Assembly (NCBI GenBank): GCA_045127605.1
Contig: JBGVQR010000076.1
Location: forward strand, 453-64,452
DNA from: Candidatus Limimorpha sp.
Lineage (GTDB): Bacteria; Bacteroidota; Bacteroidia; Bacteroidales; F082
Direction: 5' to 3'
Length of the DNA: 64,000 nt
In this document: positions 26,878 through 34,974 of the stretch, in pieces
Position numbering within the stretch: position 1 is the first letter of the stretch
Layout of the letters: every line of letters starts with the position of its first letter
Position numbers and translations under genes: made by a program
The notes under the pieces: model-generated
The model's input: only the letters and a program-made list of their open reading frames with translations
Database searches by the model: none
What the model was told of the DNA's origin: nothing

Positions 26878-29526
26878 ATGATGAAAAAAGTATTCTTCCT
26901 CGATGCATACGCACTAATATATAGAGCTTATTTCGCTTTAAATAAAAACCCAAGAATCAACTCTAAAGGACTCAACACTTCGGCTATTATGGGATTTCTC
27001 AATACTTTGTACGAAGTATTGAAAAACGAGAAACCTACTCATATAGGTGTCGCCTTCGACCTAGGCGCGCCAACTCTTCGTACCGACGATTTCTCTGATT
27101 ATAAGGCTAATCGTGAAGAGACACCTCCCGACATCAAAATTTCCGTGCCTTACATCAAGGAAATAATAAAGGCTTTTAACATCCCTATCTTCGAACGCGA
27201 AGGCTATGAGGCCGACGACATTATCGGAACTTTGGCTAAAAAAGCAGAGCAAGAGGGCTTCACTACCTTCATGATGACGCCTGACAAAGACTTCGGACAG
27301 CTCGTAAGCGAAAACATATTCATTTATAAGCCTGCTAAAGGCGGCGAACCAGCAAAAGTGCTCGGACCAAAAGACGTTTGCGAAAAATACGGCATCGCTC
27401 GTCCAGAACAGGTCATCGATATCCTCGGACTCTGGGGCGACGCTTCCGATAACATTCCTGGAATACCTGGCATCGGAGAAAAAAACGCTTCTAAACTGGT
27501 GGCAGAATACGACTCCGTTGAGAACATCATCGCCAATGCCGATAAACTGAAAGGCAAGATGCGCGAAAATGTCATCAACTTCGCACAGCAAGGCTTGATG
27601 TCTAAAAAACTCGCTACAATAGACACCAACGTTCCTATCAACTTCGACGAAGAGGAACTGAAAGTGAAAGAACCTAATATGGAACGTCTCACCGAATTGT
27701 TCGAAGAACTCGAATTCAGAACATTCCTTGCAAGGTTTAAAAGTCAACCAACCCTGACACCGACTCAGACACCGACTCAGACAGTCAATGTCAATAGTCA
27801 AAGTCAAGGTCAACTAGACCTTTTCGGTAGCTTCGAGGAAGAGCCTGCAGCTCCTATACAAAAGACTGAATCTATCATCGTTAAAGATGATTCTCAAATC
27901 GATGAACTTATTGACAATCTCAAGAGCTGCAATGAATTCTCTTTCCATATCGAGACAAGAGAAATGACTTTTGCTGTCAATCCTGATAACATTTACAAGA
28001 TAGAACTTCCTGTCGATAAAGAGAAGTGTAAAGATTTATTAACAAAATTTGACTGTATTTTTAAAGACAAGGAAAAGACCATAATAGGTCATAATATAAA
28101 AACTGACATTGCATTGCTCGCCAAATACGACATCGAAATCGACAACAAGCTATGGGATGTCATGATAGCTCATTATCTCATTGAGCCAGAACTTAATCAC
28201 AGCTTGGATTATCTCAGCGACATTTATGCTAAAGATGGAGGCGACATCAGATGGCAGCTTTATGAAAAGTTCAAGGCATTATTATCCGAGAACAATCTTG
28301 ACAATCTTTTCTATGAAATTGAAATGCCTTTGGTTAGAGTACTTGCTCAGATGGAAGCTAATGGCGTAAAGATTGACATTGAGGGTTTGAGACAGATTAG
28401 CGAGGAACAAGCAAAGGAAATTGCCGGCATTGAGAGTAGCATCTACGAAATTGCAGAGACACCTTTCAACATTGGCTCTCCAAAACAGTTAGGCGAGATT
28501 CTTTTCGACAAATTAAAAATAAAAGCTCCTGCCAAAAAGACCAAGACTGGTCAGTATCCAACAGGCGAAGAAATACTTCAGAAGATTATCAACGAAAGTC
28601 CTATAGTACAGCTCATCCTCGACTATCGCTCTTTAACGAAACTTAAATCAACATACGTCGATGCCCTGCCTTCCTTGGTCAGCGCACAAGACGGACTTAT
28701 TCACACCTCATTCAATCAGGCGGTCACTGCCACAGGACGATTGAGTTCCAACAACCCTAACCTTCAGAACATTCCAGTGCGTACCGACAAAGGTCGTGAG
28801 ATAAGAAAGGCTTTCGTTCCACGTGACAAAGACCACATCTTGCTTGCAGCGGATTATTCTCAGATTGAGTTAAGAATCATCGCTCATCTCAGCGGCGACC
28901 AGGCTATGCAGTCGGCTTTCCGTGAAGGTTTGGACATTCATGCCGACACCGCAGCTCGCGTTTATGGCGTTGACATCAAGGATGTCACAGCCGAAATGCG
29001 TCGCAACGCCAAGGCCGTCAACTTCGGAATAATATACGGAATGTCGGCATTCGGATTGGCAGAACGACTGAAGATATCTAGAAGCGAAGCATCAGAGATA
29101 ATTAAAAATTACTTCAAGGAATATGTCGGCATCCAAGAATACATCGACAGACAAGTGGATTTCGCCAAACAGAATGGATATGTAGAGACAATGCTAGGAC
29201 GTCGCCGTTATCTACGTGACATCAACTCTGGCAACAGCGTGGTGAGAAACTTCGCTGAGAGAAACGCCATCAACGCACCAATACAAGGTAGCTCTGCCGA
29301 TATGATAAAAATCGCGATGATAAACATCCACCAGGAGATGAAAGCCAAAGAGCTGAAATCTAAGATGATATTACAGGTCCACGATGAGTTGGTCTTCGAC
29401 GTCCATAAAGACGAGCTTGAGACATTAAGCGAAATCGTCAAAAACAAAATGACAAATGCGCTCCCACTCAGCATCCCGATAGAAGTAAATCTCAACACCG
29501 GAAACAACTGGTTGGAAGCGCATTGA
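26878..29526 (+). CDS. polA: DNA polymerase I (5' nuclease plus shortened, probably inactive 3'-5' exonuclease-like region plus polymerase domain)
   Basis: 882 aa. Contains 5'-3' exonuclease motifs, the polymerase motifs DYSQIELRI, RRNAKAVNFGIIYG and QVHDEL, and a low-complexity TPTQTPTQ linker. Confidence 0.93.
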   Translation: MMKKVFFLDAYALIYRAYFALNKNPRINSKGLNTSAIMGFLNTLYEVLKNEKPTHIGVAFDLGAPTLRTDDFSDYKANREETPPDIKISVPYIKEIIKAFNIPIFEREGYEADDIIGTLAKKAEQEGFTTFMMTPDKDFGQLVSENIFIYKPAKGGEPAKVLGPKDVCEKYGIARPEQVIDILGLWGDASDNIPGIPGIGEKNASKLVAEYDSVENIIANADKLKGKMRENVINFAQQGLMSKKLATIDTNVPINFDEEELKVKEPNMERLTELFEELEFRTFLARFKSQPTLTPTQTPTQTVNVNSQSQGQLDLFGSFEEEPAAPIQKTESIIVKDDSQIDELIDNLKSCNEFSFHIETREMTFAVNPDNIYKIELPVDKEKCKDLLTKFDCIFKDKEKTIIGHNIKTDIALLAKYDIEIDNKLWDVMIAHYLIEPELNHSLDYLSDIYAKDGGDIRWQLYEKFKALLSENNLDNLFYEIEMPLVRVLAQMEANGVKIDIEGLRQISEEQAKEIAGIESSIYEIAETPFNIGSPKQLGEILFDKLKIKAPAKKTKTGQYPTGEEILQKIINESPIVQLILDYRSLTKLKSTYVDALPSLVSAQDGLIHTSFNQAVTATGRLSSNNPNLQNIPVRTDKGREIRKAFVPRDKDHILLAADYSQIELRIIAHLSGDQAMQSAFREGLDIHADTAARVYGVDIKDVTAEMRRNAKAVNFGIIYGMSAFGLAERLKISRSEASEIIKNYFKEYVGIQEYIDRQVDFAKQNGYVETMLGRRRYLRDINSGNSVVRNFAERNAINAPIQGSSADMIKIAMINIHQEMKAKELKSKMILQVHDELVFDVHKDELETLSEIVKNKMTNALPLSIPIEVNLNTGNNWLEAH

Positions 29527-29592
29527 TTCTAAAATTGAAAGTTGAGAATTAAAAACTGAAAATATTTTCAACTTTCAGTTTTCAATTTTCAA
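29527..29592. terminator. Long AT-rich palindromic hairpin filling the polA/topA convergent gap (family E heptad words)
   Basis: Pairing is centred between 29563 and 29564 and extends about 31 bp with 3 mismatches. Plus-strand stops lie at 29530, 29536, 29543, 29550 and 29557. The mirror arm gives TGA/TAA in topA sense. Confidence 0.7.
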
Positions 29593-31911
29593 TTAACTTT
29601 TCTTTCCTCTTTTCTTAGATGCATTATTCGGGTCATTAATGATATCCATGCAGTCTTGATATGTCAAGTTTGTTGCATCGTAAGTCTTTGGAATCTTATA
29701 GTTTTGTTTGTTGAAGCTAATATAAATTCCGAAGCGTCCTTTCAACACTTTCAAGTCTTCGTTTTCTGGATATGTAGAAACCACATTATCCAAGTCAGCC
29801 TTACGTTTCGACTCGATGATGTCGATAGCTCTTTCGTATGATACCATCGCTGGGTCGTCGAGTTTTGTCAAGCCGTAGAATACATTGTTATGTTTGACAT
29901 AAGGACCGAAGCGACCTATTGCCACTTGAATCTCAGAACCTTCATATTCACCGAGGTTACGAGGGAATGCGAATAAGTCGAGGACTTCTTCCAAAGTGAT
30001 TGTCTCAATACTTTGGTTTTTGTTAAGACCAGCGAACTTAGGCTTCTCTTCTGAGTCGGTGTCGCCAATCTGAGCGACAGGACCGAAGCGACCGATTTTG
30101 ACATATACGTTCTTGCCTGAAGCTGGGTCTACACCGAGTAACTTCTCGCCGCTGAACTTGCCAGAGTTGTCGGATGTGTCTTCAATCTGTTTATGGAAAT
30201 CCTTATAGAAATCGCTAATCATGCTGTTCCATTTACATTCGCCTTCAGCAATCTTGTCGAATTCTTTTTCAACATTAGCAGTGAAGTTATAGTCGATGAT
30301 GTTATCGAAATACTGCAACAAGAATCTGTTTACCAAAACGCCTATGTCTGTTGGAACGAGCTTACCTTTTTCGTTACCTATATTTTCTTTGCCTATCTTT
30401 TCGGTAATCTTGTTTTTCTTAAGTGTCAAGACTTTATAGTTACGTACTTCGCCTTGAATGTCTTTCTTTTCAACGTAGCCACGTTTTTGGATAGTAGAGA
30501 TTGTTGGAGCGTATGTTGAAGGACGGCCGATGCCGAGCTCTTCCATTTTCTTGACCAAGCTAGATTCTGTGTAGCGAGGAGTGTGGCGTGTGAAACGCTG
30601 TTGAGCTTCCATCTTTTCCAAGTCGAGGACCTGACCTACTACGAGAGGAGGCAACATTCCGTTGCTTGACTCACCTTGTTCTTCGTTAGAACTTTCAGTA
30701 TATACTTTCAAGAAACCGTCGAATAAAACGACTTCGCCGCTTGCTGTGAATTCCTTGTCAGAGTTAGAGATTTCGATATTGACGTTTGTCTTTTCAATCT
30801 GAGCCTCTGCCATCTGAGAAGCGATGGTACGTTTCCAGATGAGTTCGTAGAGCTTACGTTCGTCGGCTGTTCCTTTGATGGTTTGTTGGTCGAGATATGT
30901 TGGACGAATAGCTTCGTGAGCTTCTTGTGCGCCTTTTGATTTTGTTGAGAACTGACGGTTTTTAACGTATTCTGTTCCGTAGAGATTCTCGATTTCTTTT
31001 TTAGCTGACATGAGAGCGAACTGTGACAAGTTCACAGAGTCGGTACGCATGTAAGTAATCTTTCCTGACTCGTAAAGCTGCTGTGCTATTCGCATTGTGT
31101 TGCTGACAGAGAAGCCCAATTTACGACCAGCCTCTTGTTGTAATGTTGATGTTGTGAAAGGAGGAGCTGGCAATTTTGATATAGGTTTCTTTTCAACAGC
31201 TTTAATTTTATATGAAGCTTCTTTGCAGTTTTGCAAGAAAGCATGAGCGTCTTCTTCTGTCTCGAAACGATATGGAAGTTCAGCTGAAAGAGAATATTCA
31301 CGATTATCGATAGTGAAGGTGAATATCGCTGTCACACGGAATGCGCTTGTCTGCTTGAAGTTCTTTATTTCTTCTTCACATTCTACGATGAGACGAACGA
31401 CGACAGACTGTACACGGCCTGCTGATAATGATGGTTTAACTTTTTTCCAGAGAAGAGGTGACAACTCATAACCCACAACGCGGTCAAGAACACGGCGTGC
31501 CTGTTGTGCCGCTACCAAGTCCATGTCAATCTTACGAGGGTTGTCGATAGCATGAGCGATAGCAGTCTTGGTGATTTCATGGAAAACGATACGACGATAT
31601 TTCTCGTCTTGCAGACCTAATGTCTCGAAAAGATGCCACGAAATTGATTCTCCTTCGCGGTCCTCATCGGAAGCGAGCCACACCATCTCGGCGCTCTCTG
31701 CTATCTTCTTAAGTTCTGCTACTAACGATTTCTTATCTTCCGGAATCTCATATAAAGGCTGGAAACCGGCTTTCATATCCAAACTCAAATTCGACTTGTT
31801 CAAGTCTCTCACATGACCATAGCTCGACTTCACCACATAATCCTTACCTAAAAAACCTTCTATAGTTTTAGCCTTGGCAGGAGACTCGACAATTACTAAA
31901 TTCTTTACCAT
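29593..31911 (-). CDS. topA: DNA topoisomerase I
   Basis: The start at ATG 31911 gives MVKNLVIVESPAKAKTIEGFLG. Toprim and topoisomerase IA core are present. The ORF-track start at 31971 is a TTG extension. Confidence 0.94.
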   Translation of the reverse strand: MVKNLVIVESPAKAKTIEGFLGKDYVVKSSYGHVRDLNKSNLSLDMKAGFQPLYEIPEDKKSLVAELKKIAESAEMVWLASDEDREGESISWHLFETLGLQDEKYRRIVFHEITKTAIAHAIDNPRKIDMDLVAAQQARRVLDRVVGYELSPLLWKKVKPSLSAGRVQSVVVRLIVECEEEIKNFKQTSAFRVTAIFTFTIDNREYSLSAELPYRFETEEDAHAFLQNCKEASYKIKAVEKKPISKLPAPPFTTSTLQQEAGRKLGFSVSNTMRIAQQLYESGKITYMRTDSVNLSQFALMSAKKEIENLYGTEYVKNRQFSTKSKGAQEAHEAIRPTYLDQQTIKGTADERKLYELIWKRTIASQMAEAQIEKTNVNIEISNSDKEFTASGEVVLFDGFLKVYTESSNEEQGESSNGMLPPLVVGQVLDLEKMEAQQRFTRHTPRYTESSLVKKMEELGIGRPSTYAPTISTIQKRGYVEKKDIQGEVRNYKVLTLKKNKITEKIGKENIGNEKGKLVPTDIGVLVNRFLLQYFDNIIDYNFTANVEKEFDKIAEGECKWNSMISDFYKDFHKQIEDTSDNSGKFSGEKLLGVDPASGKNVYVKIGRFGPVAQIGDTDSEEKPKFAGLNKNQSIETITLEEVLDLFAFPRNLGEYEGSEIQVAIGRFGPYVKHNNVFYGLTKLDDPAMVSYERAIDIIESKRKADLDNVVSTYPENEDLKVLKGRFGIYISFNKQNYKIPKTYDATNLTYQDCMDIINDPNNASKKRGKKS

Positions 31912-32139
31912 ATATATAATGTGTTTGATTTCAAAAAAACGTGATGAAACAATAACGTCTCTCGCGTGCAAAATTACTACAATAAAAATTGTAATTTCGA
32001 CATTTTTTTGAAAAAAAATTTTTATTTATTAAAAATCAATCAATTGTGAATAAAAATTAAGAATCATTTGTATAAAATCATTAACATTTTACAACAAAAA
32101 AATATAATTTTGCAACCAACAAATAAAATTCTACAGTCA

Positions 32140-33060
32140 ATGATCAAAGCACAACGTCTATTGAATTGCATAAAACTAGCGGGACCAAGCGCGTTCAAAA
32201 CCATTTGGTGGCTGACCAAGATAATGGTCTCTTTATCATTCGTGATATTGTTGTTACAATATTTCGGCATCATAGAATGGATTTCATTTTGGCTCACTCC
32301 TTTGTTCTCTCACTTCGGACTTCCAGGTGAGGCAGCTCTCGCCTATGTCTCAGGATATTTCGTGAACTGCTATTCTGCCATCGCAGTGATGACGACATTG
32401 GATTTAAGCACAAGAGCCGCTACAATATTAGCCGTCATGGTGCTTTGCTCGCATAATATGATTGTAGAAACAACGGTGCAGCACAAGACAGGCTCGCCAG
32501 TAATCAAGATTGTTATCGTCAGGACATTATCAGCTTTTTTATTAGGATGGGTCTTAAACAAAATAATGCCTGGTAGCTTCGAGTCTTCAGCTGTTGCGAA
32601 TGACATACAAGAAAAACTTACATTTGCATTCATGCTGAAAGACTGGGCTTTACGAACAACAAAGAACGTCGTGCTGATGGCTGTCATCGTTTATCTTTTA
32701 ACGGTATTACAAAAGATTTTGACAGAATACGGCATCATAGAATACATCTCAAGATTTCTGAAACCGGTTATGATATTCTTCGGCTTGCCAGAGAAAACAG
32801 CGTTCCTGTGGTTAGTATCCAACACCTTAGGATTAGCCTACGGCGCTGGCATCATGATAGAAGAATCCGAAAAAGGCGAAACCACCAAAGAAGAAAACGA
32901 CCTCCTCAACATGCACATAGGTATATCACACAGCAACCTAGAAGACCTGTTGTTATTCACCGCTGCCGGCGGAGCCTACCTCTGGATGCTGCTGTCGAGA
33001 TGGTGTATGTCCTTTTTGATTGTGTGGGGGCTTAGAGTTGCTAAGTTACTAAGTTGCTGA
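32140..33060 (+). CDS. Nucleoside-recognition (Gate) domain membrane protein
   Basis: Polytopic membrane protein starting at the ATG at 32140. The last 9 codons are encoded by the family C word array. The family call is tentative. Confidence 0.5.
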   Translation: MIKAQRLLNCIKLAGPSAFKTIWWLTKIMVSLSFVILLLQYFGIIEWISFWLTPLFSHFGLPGEAALAYVSGYFVNCYSAIAVMTTLDLSTRAATILAVMVLCSHNMIVETTVQHKTGSPVIKIVIVRTLSAFLLGWVLNKIMPGSFESSAVANDIQEKLTFAFMLKDWALRTTKNVVLMAVIVYLLTVLQKILTEYGIIEYISRFLKPVMIFFGLPEKTAFLWLVSNTLGLAYGAGIMIEESEKGETTKEENDLLNMHIGISHSNLEDLLLFTAAGGAYLWMLLSRWCMSFLIVWGLRVAKLLSC

Positions 33061-33077
33061 GTTGCTGAGTTGCTGAG
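33031..33077. repeat. Family C octad word array, left arm of the inverted repeat bracketing the four-helix-bundle gene
   Basis: Stop triplets at 33033, 33042, 33050, 33058 (the real stop), 33066 and 33074. Positions 33035-33061 are complementary to 33477-33503 with 1 mismatch in 27. Confidence 0.9.
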
Positions 33078-33092
33078 ATATATTATAAACAA

Positions 33093-33443
33093 TTATTTAT
33101 TGGTGGAAAGGTATTTTATCAGTCTTGCTATTCCGACTGATATTTGTTTTGTTCTACTTTGCATAGATAATCTCTCATTCTCTGAACAATATTTAAAATC
33201 TTCGCATAAATATAACATCGAATGAACTTCAGCACAGCTTCCTTTTGATATATTCAAAAAGCTTATATACTTAGCATTAGTTCCCGACTCTGCACCTTCT
33301 GCTATATTATTCATTATGCTTATTACAGCTCGTTGAATTTGATCTCTAAAACTATAATCTCGACATTTATTCATCATGTTATAAATATCATTCACTAATA
33401 CTCTGGACTCTCTCCAGATATACATGGTTTCAATAGGCTTCAT
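33093..33443 (-). CDS. Four-helix-bundle protein (23S rRNA intervening-sequence protein family)
   Basis: 116 aa. NIAEGAESGTNAKYISFLNISKGSCAEV is the hallmark pattern of this family. Confidence 0.85.
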   Translation of the reverse strand: MKPIETMYIWRESRVLVNDIYNMMNKCRDYSFRDQIQRAVISIMNNIAEGAESGTNAKYISFLNISKGSCAEVHSMLYLCEDFKYCSENERLSMQSRTKQISVGIARLIKYLSTNK

Positions 33444-33476
33444 AAATTATTACTTTAAAAATTAAACAATCAAAAT

Positions 33477-33521
33477 CTTAGCAACTTAGTAACTTAGCAA
33501 CTCAAAAACCTCAGCAACTCA
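33477..33521. repeat. Family C octad word array, right arm of the inverted repeat bracketing the four-helix-bundle gene
   Basis: cttagcaacttagtaacttagcaactcaaaaacctcagcaactca. It overlaps the last codons and the stop of radA (33494-33496). Confidence 0.9.
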
Positions 33522-34864
33522 TTTATCGTCGCCAGCGGAACCACTTCCACATTGAACTTCGATACGTCGAGGCCTCGGCAGTTGTATTTGGAGACGAAGA
33601 TTTTTTCCATTCCTAGTTTGTCGGCTTCGGCGATGCGGGCTTCTATTCTGTTGACGGAGCGTATCTCGCCAGAGAGTCCCACCTCTGCTGCAAAGGCGTA
33701 TCTGTTGCTGATTTCGACATCTTCATTCGATGACAATATAGCAGCCACCACTGCCAAGTCAATCGCAGGGTCGTCGACGCGTATTCCGCCAGCGATGTTG
33801 AGGAAGACGTCTTTCGTCGAGAGTCGGAATCCTGCTCTTTTCTCCAACACCGCAAGAAGCATGTTAAGACGACGAGTGTCGAAGCCAGTGCAGCTACGTT
33901 GTGGCGTTCCGTATGCAGCGGTGCTGACCAGAGCCTGAGTCTCTATCATCATAGGACGCAGACCTTCCAGAGTGGCGGCGATGCTGATGCCGCTGACGTT
34001 CTCGTCGCGTTGTGAGAGAAGTATTTCGCTAGGATTAGACACCTCACGTAATCCATTGGCATTCATCTCGAAGATACCGAGTTCGGAAGAAGAACCGAAG
34101 CGGTTTTTTATGGTGCGAAGAACGCGGAATCCATAGTGACGGTCACCCTCAAACTGAATCACTGTGTCGACAATATGTTCGAGTATTTTCGGTCCGGCGA
34201 TGCTGCCGTCTTTGGTGATATGACCGATGAGGAAGGTTGGTATATGAAGAGCCTTCGCCACCTTGTTCATCTCGGCGGCAGTCTCACGAATCTGACTTAT
34301 GCTGCCCGCCGTTGAGTCGACTGCCGCCGACTCGAGAGTCTGTATAGAGTCGATGATGACGATATCAGGTTTTATCTCTTCAATGTGTTTTGTGATGTCG
34401 GAAGTATTGGTTTCTGTTAGGATGAGACAGCTCTCGTTACGCACTCCGATACGCTCAGCACGCATCTTGATTTGCTGTGCGCTCTCTTCGCCAGAGACAT
34501 AAAGCACTTTCTTATCTTTAAGGTTAAGAGCTACTTGCAACAAAAGTGTCGATTTACCTATTCCAGGCTCGCCGCCGAGTAAGATGAGAGAGCCAGGGAC
34601 GAGGCCGCCGCCAAGAACACGATTCAGCTCGCCGCATCCCATGTCGATACGAGCCTCTTTGGCAGCGCTTATCTCCAATACCGGAACAGGCTTAGATTTC
34701 ATCTCAGGCAAAAAAGAATTCTTGGCAGACTTATTATCTTTACCCAATGCTACACTCTCTTCCACATAACTATTCCATGCTCCACAGCCAGGGCAATGGC
34801 CTATCCACTTAGGCGACTCATTACCACATTCTTTACAATAAAAAACTGTCTTGATTTTTGCCAT
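33494..34864 (-). CDS. radA: DNA repair protein RadA/Sms
   Basis: MAKIKTVFYCKECG zinc finger, Walker A GGEPGIGKST, KNRFG motif, Lon-like C-terminal domain. I prefer the ATG at 34864 because a -7 box (34887-34894) sits too close to the ATG at 34885. Confidence 0.93.
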   Translation of the reverse strand: MAKIKTVFYCKECGNESPKWIGHCPGCGAWNSYVEESVALGKDNKSAKNSFLPEMKSKPVPVLEISAAKEARIDMGCGELNRVLGGGLVPGSLILLGGEPGIGKSTLLLQVALNLKDKKVLYVSGEESAQQIKMRAERIGVRNESCLILTETNTSDITKHIEEIKPDIVIIDSIQTLESAAVDSTAGSISQIRETAAEMNKVAKALHIPTFLIGHITKDGSIAGPKILEHIVDTVIQFEGDRHYGFRVLRTIKNRFGSSSELGIFEMNANGLREVSNPSEILLSQRDENVSGISIAATLEGLRPMMIETQALVSTAAYGTPQRSCTGFDTRRLNMLLAVLEKRAGFRLSTKDVFLNIAGGIRVDDPAIDLAVVAAILSSNEDVEISNRYAFAAEVGLSGEIRSVNRIEARIAEADKLGMEKIFVSKYNCRGLDVSKFNVEVVPLATINELLRFLSC

Positions 34865-34930
34865 AACGAATATTTTTATTTTCATACAAAAATACTAAAA
34901 ACTTACGTTGACTTATATTATTAATTATTA

Positions 34931-34938
34931 TAATTTTG
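34931..34938 (+). promoter_or_regulatory. -7 promoter box TAatTTTG upstream of the SusC-like gene
   Basis: taattttg lies 36 nt upstream of the ATG at 34975. Confidence 0.5.
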
Positions 34939-34974
34939 TAGAACTTTTTTTTGAAAAATTTAAAATTATTTGAT

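Noticed and set aside
27061-27813. 250-aa and 122-aa minus-strand ORFs inside polA
   Set aside because: They are antisense shadows of the conserved 5'-nuclease domain. Their translations have no recognisable motif.
32808-33035. 75-aa Arg/His-rich plus-strand ORF
   Set aside because: It is an alternative frame inside the membrane-protein gene. Its highly basic, low-complexity translation is typical of an out-of-frame artefact.
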